From positions 8,456 through 72,455 of the forward strand of contig CAZSWA010000005.1 of assembly GCA_964610465.1 (NCBI GenBank): 64,000 nucleotides of DNA, written 5' to 3'. Shown piece after piece: positions 28,739 through 38,400 of the stretch. A program made the position numbers and the translations under genes. The first letter of the stretch is position 1; every line of letters begins with the position of its first letter. The notes under the pieces are model-generated. The model worked only from the letters and a program-made list of their open reading frames with translations, was not told where the DNA came from and did not search any database. Origin of the DNA: an uncultured Gammaproteobacteria bacterium (GTDB taxonomy: Bacteria; Patescibacteriota; Microgenomatia; Levybacterales; UBA12049).

Positions 28739-30008
28739 ATAATAATACAAGTGGAAAGTTTGGGATAGAGTCTACTGCTTCCTTGAGATTATATTCACTT
28801 TCTGCATATAATGTATAGAGGGTTTCTCCAATTTTTACTTCCTCGCCGATTTTTTTGTATAAATATATCCCGGCTTTTTTCACTTTTGGTGCACCCAGAA
28901 TTTTTGCAATACTGGAAGCATTTTTGCTATCAACTTTTTTTACTATTCCTTTTTTCTTTGCAAGTACCTGATAGGTATGTTTTCCTGGTTTAAGGTCATC
29001 ACTTTTTATACTGGAATTTCCACCTTGTACTTGTATTATCTCCATCATTTTTTTATAAGCGTGTCCGCTAGTAAGAATATACTCTGCCCATTTATAAGGA
29101 GTTTCAAATTCTTTTATGATTCTCTCTTTGAGTGTTTTGGGAGAATCATGGAGACATAACTCAAGAAGTATACTGGCAAGACCTAATGCTTTTTTCTCTA
29201 AATCATAGGGTTTGTCTTTGTGTTGTTCAAGTACCCGAAGTGCTTCACGAGCTTCAAGAACAGGGCCAATACCACGACCTGCAGGTTCATCAACTTTATG
29301 GACGAGAACTCTCAGTTTTACATGAAATCTTTCTGCCAGATACTCAAATCTCTTTTTCAATGCTTGCGCATCAGGAAGATTATGAACCTTTACATTATCA
29401 CCGTAAGGCAAGTCAATAACAATATGATTTGAGCTAAAGGCAATTTTCTTCGCCATAATAGACACAAGTATTTTATCAAAGCTTTCAAAAGACAAAGGTT
29501 TTTCAACTTCAATAAGAATATCATCAGCTGGTGCGATATCAACACTTCCGCCCCACACAATACACCCATTGGTTTTCTCAACAATACGATAAATTTCTTC
29601 TTTTGAGAAAGTAACAGGGCACAAGACTTCCATATCATCTGCTGTCCCGCCCGGAGTAGTGATTGCGCGCGAGGAACTTTTGGGAATGGTAAATCCGGCT
29701 GATGCGACAATTGGAATGACAATCATAGAAGTTCTTGTGCCAGGTACTCCGCCAATTGAATGTTTATCAGCAACAATACCTTTGAATGATAATGTATCAC
29801 CGGTGTCAATCATGGCTTTTGTAAGATAGTAGATTTCTTCGTTACTAAACCCTTTTGAGTAACCTGATGCGGCAAAATAAGTTGTGAGAACAGGACTAAA
29901 TTTTTTGTGGGCAATCTCATCCATTACCGCAAAAATTTCCTTATAGGTAAGTTGTTGGCCAACTAATTTCTTGCGTATTGCTTCAAGGGCTAATTCGTCC
30001 TCTGTCAT
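28731..30008 (-). CDS. AMP phosphorylase/thymidine phosphorylase family protein (archaeal-type)
   Basis: DKHSIGGVPG, IPKSSSRAITTPGGTAD.MEVL, GGSVDIAPADD, SIMAKK, GRGIGPVLEA. Confidence 0.88.
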   Translation of the reverse strand: MTEDELALEAIRKKLVGQQLTYKEIFAVMDEIAHKKFSPVLTTYFAASGYSKGFSNEEIYYLTKAMIDTGDTLSFKGIVADKHSIGGVPGTRTSMIVIPIVASAGFTIPKSSSRAITTPGGTADDMEVLCPVTFSKEEIYRIVEKTNGCIVWGGSVDIAPADDILIEVEKPLSFESFDKILVSIMAKKIAFSSNHIVIDLPYGDNVKVHNLPDAQALKKRFEYLAERFHVKLRVLVHKVDEPAGRGIGPVLEAREALRVLEQHKDKPYDLEKKALGLASILLELCLHDSPKTLKERIIKEFETPYKWAEYILTSGHAYKKMMEIIQVQGGNSSIKSDDLKPGKHTYQVLAKKKGIVKKVDSKNASSIAKILGAPKVKKAGIYLYKKIGEEVKIGETLYTLYAESEYNLKEAVDSIPNFPLVLLYE

Positions 30009-30011
30009 AGA

Positions 30012-30173
30012 TTACAAGCCTTTTATCTGATCCAGTGCAGATTTTACTGAAACCTTAATAAGATTAATAAGAAAATAGAAAGAAGTAGTAATAGCTTTAG
30101 AAATGTAAGGCCAAATTTTTACTGCAATTGACATGATTTGTCCTCTGTGGACTCGTTCATCAAAATCTGGCAT
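30012..30173 (-). CDS. Small protein (53 aa) missing from the ORF track
   Basis: MPDFDERVHRGQIMSIAVKIWPYISKAITTSFYFLINLIKVSVKSALDQIKGL*; AAGGAG RBS; fills the gap between sortase and phosphorylase. Confidence 0.7.
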   Translation of the reverse strand: MPDFDERVHRGQIMSIAVKIWPYISKAITTSFYFLINLIKVSVKSALDQIKGL

Positions 30174-30185
30174 ATATTCTCCTTT

Positions 30186-30926
30186 TTACATTTTCTCAAG
30201 TTTTGCTTTAATAATCAACCTTTTCCATGTAGTTCCAGGAGGTGTGCAAGTAACAAGAGTGAGATAGCTATCAGTAAAGTCTTGAATGAGTGGAGAAGTG
30301 TCTGTGGCATCAACAATAGTTATAGAAAATATTCTATAGCTATAGGTAACATCTGCGACATGAGCCATGATAATATCATCTATTTTTAATGTATGAGCAG
30401 TTGCAAAAATCGCAGTATAGTCTTTGGGATTAAACCATTGAGGAAGAGTGGAATGTCCAAAAATTACTGCATTGCCTTTATTGGGTGGAATTGCCGTACC
30501 TGCATAATTTACCAGATGGTCTTTTAAATTATTATCAACTGTTGTGACTTCTGCATTTTCAATATTCAATTTTGGTATTGAGATTGTATATGATGAAACC
30601 TGTGAATCAACAGAACCATCCTCATATCCATTTTTTGCGGTAGGAAACCAGTTTTTCGCGTTGTTATAATCAATTCCGCGTAGAGAATTTTCAGTTGCTT
30701 CAAAAAGACTTTTTATAATATTGGGAGTCAAAATGGTAGTTCTTGGAATTGGTGCAACAATTTCCTCTGATGCAAACGCGGGCTGTAAGTAGAGTTGCCA
30801 TGAGATAAGAGGAAAAAACAAATAAAGTCCCAACACCAAACCCGTTATGATAAGACCAAGTCCTAAAAAATGGAGTACTTTTTTTGTAAAAAGTGTATCT
30901 CTTTTTGTGTAGATATATTTACTCAT
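30186..30926 (-). CDS. Sortase
   Basis: N-terminal TM, ISIPKLNI, GNAVIFGHS, LTLVTCTPPGT..KRL (His/Cys/Arg triad). Confidence 0.92.
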   Translation of the reverse strand: MSKYIYTKRDTLFTKKVLHFLGLGLIITGLVLGLYLFFPLISWQLYLQPAFASEEIVAPIPRTTILTPNIIKSLFEATENSLRGIDYNNAKNWFPTAKNGYEDGSVDSQVSSYTISIPKLNIENAEVTTVDNNLKDHLVNYAGTAIPPNKGNAVIFGHSTLPQWFNPKDYTAIFATAHTLKIDDIIMAHVADVTYSYRIFSITIVDATDTSPLIQDFTDSYLTLVTCTPPGTTWKRLIIKAKLEKM

Positions 30927-33333
30927 CAGATTTTATGGAAAGCGTTATATGTGAACTACTATGAGGAAGAGACTTTGGAATAAAAGGAATATAAGGGGAT
31001 AATTTGATATCACTGCTTTCAATTTGGGGAAGTGCTGAAAGGAGAGTAAGTGCATCTTTATATGATTTTCCTGCAAGTTTATTAATAATATCTTGTTGGT
31101 TGATATTGGGCAAAATACCAGCTTGTACGGCAATGGATGCGGCAATCTCTTTCTCATTTTTTTGTTTCATATTAGTAAATGAACTTTTAATACTTTTATC
31201 TGAGAAGGATGTGTCTGATGCATAATGTTTTCTTAAGAATTGTTGTGCAAAAGTTAGGACATCATCATTTTTGTATGCGATTCCCTGAAAGGTTACATCA
31301 GCGGTAAGTTTGACAGTAGTTGCCTGATCGCCTATATTTTTATCAACATTTGTTTTGCCAAGCGAACTGTTTATAATAATAGGAAGTACAGTTTGCCCGC
31401 TTTGCGCTTTTGAAGAAATATCGCTTTGCGCTTTATCCTGTAGGCTATTAATCACATCAGTTTTTAATTTATCAATATCAGCTTTGGCTACCACCGTTAC
31501 TGTCTTCTTGGTTCCTCCTGAAAAGGCACTGTCATTTTTCCCAGCAAGTGAACTGCTGCTTGCCACAGTAAATTTTGTTGCAGAAGGCAGATTGTAATCT
31601 GTTCCAATATCTTTGGCTGTCACTGTAACTTGTGCAGTTCCAGGTTTGGTTCCTGAAAAGATATCGCCAGAGGCTGAAGCAACATTTATGTCTTTATCTA
31701 AAGTAAATAACAAACCATTTGATGATTTAATTTGGGTTCCTGCACTTAATTGAGCATTAGAAGATACATCACTGTTATATATTGTGACAGTTCCCTTCGC
31801 AGGTGTTCCAACTTCCGTTTTGCCTGTTGCATTGGTTGAATCTGATCCACTTAATGTATCTGAAACGGATTGAGCAGCGATGATGTTATTGCCAAAATCA
31901 TTGGTACCATCAGTATTGAAAATCACTGAATCAGTTTGCTCAACTATTTTTGGCTTTATTGAAACAATGACACTCGCTTGTAATTTTGAACTATACAGAT
32001 AGTAAGCGCCTATAATTAAGAGAACAAGGATAACAATTCCTGCGATTGGTAATATGACACTATTTTTGCCGAAAGGGAGAGAAGGAAGGCGAGGGAGAGA
32101 AATTTTGTCCTTGAGTGACAAAAGATTAGATAAAAATGCAAAGTTTGCTGTTTTGCTTTTATAATCCCCACTACCAATTCGTGTTCTATTAGTTGATTGA
32201 ACAGTTTCATCAAATTGTTTGGGTTGCATATGCAATGTATTAGTATCTTCTTCATCCTCATCAGTTTCTTCTTTTTGTTCAGAGGATGAGTGGATAGTAA
32301 AATGAGGTTCTGTATCAATGGTATCTTCATCAATAGCATCTTTTCTTTCTGGATTTTCTTCATAGACTTCTTCAATATCTTTATCCATTACAAAACCAAA
32401 ATTATCCGAAGCGATATTTTTAGGAAGAGTATCTACTGGAGTTGTACTTGATAGAACCGGCGCATCTTTTATTTTCACCGGTTGTGAGGTATCAGACCCT
32501 AGAGGTGTTTCCGGTCTGGTTGCTACTTTCTGGTCGTAATTTTTGATTGTTTCAGACGGAGCATCAGACATGGAAGGCAGCATTTCAAGCCCCATTTGAT
32601 TTGCAGCACCCGCGACAACTGCTTTTGCATCAAAGTCAACAGGAAGTACGGTTATCTGAGGCATATGAAGGAAGGGAAGACTTTTACTCCACTGAAAGGA
32701 AATAAATTGTTGAGCGATATCTTCTGAATTTTGGGTGTGAAAAAGAATAATGCGGGAAGGGAGGACATCAATAGTGAAATGTTTAAGCTGCGTATCTACT
32801 GTCTGGGTAACTGATTCCTCTATAGGTCCGCTTATTGTTTCAAGATTTTTTCCGCCTCTTACAAGAGTAAGAGTTGTATTGGTATTTCCTATCTCAACGA
32901 GAACTGCTGAAATAGGTGCTCCTTCTTCTTCTTGCATGAGGTTGGCAATTGCCTCACTTATCACAATAAACCCCATGGGAGACAAATCAAGACTATTACA
33001 GACCTTTTTCAGTTTTGCAAGATACTCTTTTTTTATCTTTTTTTCTTCAACCCAATTTTCTTTGACGCCAAAAACCGTTTTGTGAGTTTCGATATGAGGA
33101 GGAAGTATCTCTTCTGCATGACTTATCGTCTTATCAATAGTTTCAATTAAGTCTTCAAGTTCAATTTCTTCAATTGACTTGCTGAACTTTTCGGTTTGCT
33201 TACTTAAGACTTTTATTTTACCTTCTGTTTCTTCAAGAATAACAGCACTTACTTTCTCATCATTGAGTAAGAGCGTGAGGTAATAGTCTGATTTGTCCTT
33301 ATTATTTCCAAATGAAGGTATAGGCAGTTTCAT
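30919..33333 (-). CDS. Membrane protein: N-terminal FtsA/actin-like region, acidic linker, TM helix, extracellular baseplate-J-like domain
   Basis: AVLVEIG...TTLTLVRGG actin-like segment; single TM; AKGTVTIYN..AGT..FTL..VTAKDIGTDYN..FSGG resembles a baseplate J-like domain. Confidence 0.65.
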   Translation of the reverse strand: MKLPIPSFGNNKDKSDYYLTLLLNDEKVSAVILEETEGKIKVLSKQTEKFSKSIEEIELEDLIETIDKTISHAEEILPPHIETHKTVFGVKENWVEEKKIKKEYLAKLKKVCNSLDLSPMGFIVISEAIANLMQEEEGAPISAVLVEIGNTNTTLTLVRGGKNLETISGPIEESVTQTVDTQLKHFTIDVLPSRIILFHTQNSEDIAQQFISFQWSKSLPFLHMPQITVLPVDFDAKAVVAGAANQMGLEMLPSMSDAPSETIKNYDQKVATRPETPLGSDTSQPVKIKDAPVLSSTTPVDTLPKNIASDNFGFVMDKDIEEVYEENPERKDAIDEDTIDTEPHFTIHSSSEQKEETDEDEEDTNTLHMQPKQFDETVQSTNRTRIGSGDYKSKTANFAFLSNLLSLKDKISLPRLPSLPFGKNSVILPIAGIVILVLLIIGAYYLYSSKLQASVIVSIKPKIVEQTDSVIFNTDGTNDFGNNIIAAQSVSDTLSGSDSTNATGKTEVGTPAKGTVTIYNSDVSSNAQLSAGTQIKSSNGLLFTLDKDINVASASGDIFSGTKPGTAQVTVTAKDIGTDYNLPSATKFTVASSSSLAGKNDSAFSGGTKKTVTVVAKADIDKLKTDVINSLQDKAQSDISSKAQSGQTVLPIIINSSLGKTNVDKNIGDQATTVKLTADVTFQGIAYKNDDVLTFAQQFLRKHYASDTSFSDKSIKSSFTNMKQKNEKEIAASIAVQAGILPNINQQDIINKLAGKSYKDALTLLSALPQIESSDIKLSPYIPFIPKSLPHSSSHITLSIKSDE

Positions 33334-33343
33334 ACTATTGTTG

Positions 33344-35263
33344 TTATCCCTCGACCGTCATATAAATTCTTCGTTGATTTTTGCCGAGGTTCTCCTGTCT
33401 TTCTATTTTAACTGATTTTAGCTCACCTGTAAAATTTACATGCGGTCCGCCGCAAAATTCAATTGAATATGCTTTCTGTGGCTCATTTTCCGAACCATCT
33501 TGTAGTGAGCCTGCCGAACCGCCAATAAAGTAAATTTTCACTTTATCACCATAGCTTTCTTCAAATAAACCAATAGCTCCCAGTTTGTACGCTTCTTCCT
33601 TTGGAAGTAATTTGTAATAGACTAGGAGATTCTCTTTTATTTTCTTATTGATGATATCTTCCACTTTTTTTATTTCCTCATCAGTGAGTTTTTTGTCATA
33701 ATTAAAATCAAAACGTACTCTTTCTGTTGTGATATTACTTCCAGTCTGATGAACTTTATTGCCCAAAATATCACGAAGCGCTTGATGGAGGAGGTGAGTT
33801 GCGGTATGTCCCATGATAGTTTTCTTCTCATGATCTGCCAAACCACCTCTGAATTTTTTCTCAATGCTTGCTCTTGAAACTTTCTGATGTTCCTGCTGCC
33901 ATAGCTGGATTGTTTTTCGCGCTTGCTCTTCTTTAAATTCGCTACCTAATTTTTGTTGAGCCAGATTAAAACTTTGATCAAACGGAAATCCTTGTGAAGA
34001 TTTTTCCTCAAAGGCTATAGTACCAGCTGCAACCGTAGCAAGAGAACTTAAACTATGAAGAGTAAGAAAAGATTCAAGAGGTATATCTATTCTAAACTTA
34101 TCCAATTGTGATTGGATATATATTGGATATTTATCTTCTGCTTCTAATAATTTTTCAACTCGGGGTGTTCCCTTAGCTATTGTTTCTCCATATAATTTTA
34201 ATTCATTTTCTATGACATCTACTATATTGTTTGTAAATTCATATCTTCCTGAATATACTTGTTTAAAATGCTCAAATGCTTTTCTCCACCAATTGAATGT
34301 ATTAGTGTGCTTTTTATCAGAAAGAAGAATGGTAAGTTGATCATTGGCTGTTCTAATTAATCGTCTCAGGACTGATTCCCGTTCATTTTTTCCAGGGAGA
34401 ATCCCATCATTAATAAGAAAAATTGAAGCTCTTGAATGATCGAGAAAAACCCTGATTCTTCTTTCTCTCGTTTCGTTAATTTCCTGATTGATTGATTTCT
34501 TTAATTCCTCATATAATGGGAGAAATAAGTCTGTTTGATAATTATTTTGTTTACCTTCAAGAACTGTAGTAATTCTTTCAAGCCCCATTCCTGTATCAAC
34601 ATTTCTTTGCTTGAGATGCTCATATGTCCCATCTTCTTTTTTATTAAATTCCATAAAAACATCATTCCATATCTCAACCCAGTTTGGATTTTTGTTTGGT
34701 TCTCCATGCGGTTTGTTTTTTCCTGTCCAGATAAACATTTCAGTATCAGGTCCACATGGACCTGTTTTGCCTACAGGTCCCCACCAGTTGTCTTTTTTAG
34801 TTCCTAAGAAAATTCTATCTTTTGGCATTCCAACTTTTCTCCAAATTTGAAAAGAGTCCTCATCCTTTGGAACGTCTTTATCTCCTGCAAAGACAGTAAC
34901 TGCTAATTTTTCTAATGGGATGTTGAGTTCTTTTGTTAAAAACTCAAAAGACCAGGTTATAGCATCTTCTTTCCAATAATCACCCAATGACCAATTCCCA
35001 AGCATTTCATAAAAGGTATGGTGAGTTGCATCGCCAACCTCAGCAATATCATCTGTTCTTAGGCATTTTTGTACATCTACTAGTTTTTTTCCTAAAGGAT
35101 GTGGTTTACCTAATAAATAAGGAACAAGAGGTTGCATCCCCGCTGTTATAAAAAGTGTTGTGCGGTCATTTTCCGGTGGAACAAGAGGAGCACTTGGAAT
35201 TCTTTTATGTCCTTTTTCTTCAAAAAAAGCAATATATTTGTCAATGATATCCTTTGCCGTCAC
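33344..35263 (-). CDS. alaS: Alanine--tRNA ligase (short form)
   Basis: TLFITAGMQPL, HHTFYEMLGNWSLGDY, EIWNDVFM, DTGMGLER; editing motifs HTATH and CGGPH. GTG start at 35263 follows TGnTATAAT. Confidence 0.95.
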   Translation of the reverse strand: MTAKDIIDKYIAFFEEKGHKRIPSAPLVPPENDRTTLFITAGMQPLVPYLLGKPHPLGKKLVDVQKCLRTDDIAEVGDATHHTFYEMLGNWSLGDYWKEDAITWSFEFLTKELNIPLEKLAVTVFAGDKDVPKDEDSFQIWRKVGMPKDRIFLGTKKDNWWGPVGKTGPCGPDTEMFIWTGKNKPHGEPNKNPNWVEIWNDVFMEFNKKEDGTYEHLKQRNVDTGMGLERITTVLEGKQNNYQTDLFLPLYEELKKSINQEINETRERRIRVFLDHSRASIFLINDGILPGKNERESVLRRLIRTANDQLTILLSDKKHTNTFNWWRKAFEHFKQVYSGRYEFTNNIVDVIENELKLYGETIAKGTPRVEKLLEAEDKYPIYIQSQLDKFRIDIPLESFLTLHSLSSLATVAAGTIAFEEKSSQGFPFDQSFNLAQQKLGSEFKEEQARKTIQLWQQEHQKVSRASIEKKFRGGLADHEKKTIMGHTATHLLHQALRDILGNKVHQTGSNITTERVRFDFNYDKKLTDEEIKKVEDIINKKIKENLLVYYKLLPKEEAYKLGAIGLFEESYGDKVKIYFIGGSAGSLQDGSENEPQKAYSIEFCGGPHVNFTGELKSVKIERQENLGKNQRRIYMTVEG

Positions 35264-35332
35264 ACACGTATTATAACATGAGCGTAAGCGTACATGTACT
35301 ATTATATATAGAGATAAAAAAGAAATGGGGGC

Positions 35333-35369
35333 TTGACAAATTAAAACGAGTATAGTATACATACTATAC
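35333..35369 (+). promoter_or_regulatory. rpoB promoter with a perfect 9-bp inverted repeat over the -10 region
   Basis: TTGACA 35333-38; GTATAGTAT-ac-ATACTATAC 35350-69. Confidence 0.55.
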
Positions 35370-35382
35370 GCTCTTACTTTTT

Positions 35383-35413
35383 AGATACAAGGGTAAAGCC
35401 CTGTGTATCTTTT
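35383..35413 (+). terminator. Terminator/attenuator-like hairpin in the rpoB leader
   Basis: AGATACA-AGGG-taaag-CCCT-g-TGTATCT followed by a short T run. Confidence 0.5.
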
Positions 35414-35431
35414 ATTGCTGTAATTAGAGTC

Positions 35432-38400
35432 GTGCCTGCCCAAGAGAGTTCAACGATGCCTAGGCAATCAGAAGTAAAAAACAACAAGACGAGTATAGTT
35501 AGACAAAACTGGGGAAAGACGTATTCAGTATTACCACCTCTTGATTTGTTGGAAGTACAAAGACAATCATATACATGGTTTGAAAATCATGGTATAAGAG
35601 AAGTACTGCAAGAAATTTCACCTGTTGATGATTTTACGGGCAAAAATTGGAGCCTTAGTTTTCATGAACACAAAATCGGCAAGCCTTCCATTACTCCAAA
35701 GACCGCACTTGCAAAAGGTCTCACCTACGATGCGCCTCTTACCGTCAAAGTTTCCCTCACCAATAAAAAAACCGGACACACAGAAACCACAGAAGTATTT
35801 TTAGGCGATATTCCTCAAATGACAGATAGAGGGACATTTATTGTCAATGGTATTGAAAGAGCTGTAGTAAATCAGCTTGTTCGTTCTCCTGGGGTTTTCT
35901 TCACCGGAAATCAAGATCCAATCACAGGCAAAACACTTTATTCTACAGAAATTCGTCCAATTCATGGTTCATGGCTTGAATTTTCAACTACAAGATACGG
36001 AACTATTACTGTCAAAATTGACAGAAGAAGAAAATTCTTAGTTACTACATTTTTACGCGCATTAGGACTTTCCGATAATGATGCAATCAAAGCAAAATTC
36101 CAGGAAGTCGAAGCAGGAGATAGAGCAGAATCATTTATTGAAAATACCCTTCAAAAAGATGAGACAGGGAGTGAGACAGAAGCAATTGTTGAGATATTTA
36201 AAAAAATGCATCCTGGAGAACCAATTGTCTTGGATAAAGTAAGAGAATACTTCACCAATCTTTTCTTTAACAACAGAAGATATGATTTGGGAGTTGTGGG
36301 AAGATACAAGATTAACAAGAGACTCAAATCAGTTCCTGGATTTAATTCCTCAGAAGAGAGAGTTTTAACCATTGATGATATTTTTGCAACAATTTCCTAT
36401 CTTATTATGCTTGAGCAAGGCCGTGGTGATGTCGATGATATTGATAGTCTTGCCAACAGACGTGTGAGAAGTGTTGGAGAACTCGTTACTATCAATGCCT
36501 TTAGAGTCGGAGTATTGAGAATTGAGAGAAGTATTAAAGAAAGAATGAGTCTTCTGCAGGCAGATGGTACCGTATCTGTTTCAAATCTTATTAATGCACG
36601 TCCTATCATGGCAGCAATTAATGAATTCTTTAGAACTTCACAACTTTCAACTATTCTTGATCAAACCAATCCGCTCTCAGAAATTGATAATTTAAACCGC
36701 TTAACTGTCATGGGAACCGGTGGTATTTCAAGAGAGAGAGCAGCCTTCTCAATTCGTGATATCAACAGCTCACAATATGGGAGAATTGACCCAATCAGAA
36801 GCCCAGAAGGTCCAAACATAGGACTTGTAACCTACATGTCACTTTATTCACGAGTTAACGATTACGGATTTCTTGAAGCACCATATAGAAAAGTAGAAAA
36901 AAGAAAAGTCGGAAATAAAGAGAAAGTATTTGTTACTGATGAAATTGTTTATCTTGATGCAGCTGATGAAAGAAGTAATTATATTACTCATGCAGGTATT
37001 ACTGTAGGTGACGATAACGAAATTCTCGATGAGAGAGTACCAGCACGCTACCATGGTGATTTTATGGAAGTTGATAGACAAATGATTAATTATATTGATG
37101 TTGTTCCACGACAAGTAGTTGGAACTTCTGCGTCTCTTATTCCTTTTATTGCTCATGATGAAGCAAACCGCGCACTCATGGGAACTCATATGCAATGTCA
37201 GGCAGTACCACTCGTGAAACCTTCAAGTCCAGTTGTAGGGACTGGAATGGAAACCACAATTTCTGAAGTAATGGGAAGAGTAGTAAAAGCACCATTTGAT
37301 GGAAAAGTAACCTTTGTTGATTCAGATAAAATAATTCTCGAAGGACAAAAAGGAGAAAAAGCGACTTTCTCTCTTGAAACATTCAGTAGAACTTCTCAAG
37401 CAACCTGTTATACCCAAAGACCACTTGTGAATGAAGGACAAATTGTCAAAAAAGGTGATGCGCTTATTGATGGTCCTTCCAGTCAAAATGGAGAACTCGC
37501 ACTTGGACAAAATCTTCTTATCGCGTATGCATCTCTTGACGGGTTAGGCTATGAAGATGCTATCGTTATTTCAGACAAGCTTGTCAAACAGGACGCGTTA
37601 TCATCAATTCATATTGAAAAATATGAAGCAGCAGTGGTTGAAACCAAACTTGGACCTGAGGAAACAACTCGAGATATTCCAAACATTTCAGAGGAAGATT
37701 TAGCCAACTTGGATGAGGAAGGAATTGTAGTTGTCGGAAGTGAAGTCGGTCCTGGAGATATATTAGTTGGTAAGATTGCGCCAAAAGGTGAAACAGAACT
37801 TACTGCAGAAGAAAGATTACTTCGCGCAATCTTTGGGGAACAAGCCCGTGAAGTACGGGATACTAGTCTTCGCATGCCACATGGTGAGCGTGGAACGGTA
37901 ATTAGTGTACAAATTCTTGATAGAAAAGAAGGCGATGAACTCGAGCCTGGAACTATTCGAAAAATTCTTGTAGAAGTTGCCCAATTCCGTCATGTAGTCG
38001 TAGGAGATAAACTTGCAGGACGACATGGCAACAAAGGTATTATTTCTCGTATTCTCCCAGTTGCTGATATGCCATACCTGACTGATGGAACTCCAGTTGA
38101 TATTGTTATTTCACCAATTTCAGTACTTGCTCGTATGAATTTAGGACAACTTCTTGAAGCACATCTTGGATGGGCTGCACAAAAATTGAATACAAAAATC
38201 GGTGTACCGGTATTTGAAAAAATAGATGAAGAGAAGATTGTTTCTCTCCTCACCCAGGCAGGACTTCCAGTCAATGGGAAAGCCCAACTTTTTGATGGAA
38301 GAACAGGAAGAGCATATGAAAATCCAGTTGTTGTCGGAATTGAATACATGATGAAACTTATTCACATGGTTGAAGATAAAACCCATGCACGTTCAACTGG

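Noticed and set aside
30919-33333. Baseplate-J-like domain as evidence of a prophage or T6SS
   Set aside because: No other phage or T6SS structural genes; the gene is a TM fusion embedded among housekeeping genes.
35264-35362. N-terminal extensions from the ORF track for alaS (also ftsK, 26095, mltG, 43790, 46382)
   Set aside because: The extensions run through promoter boxes or upstream genes; downstream starts fit motif positions better.
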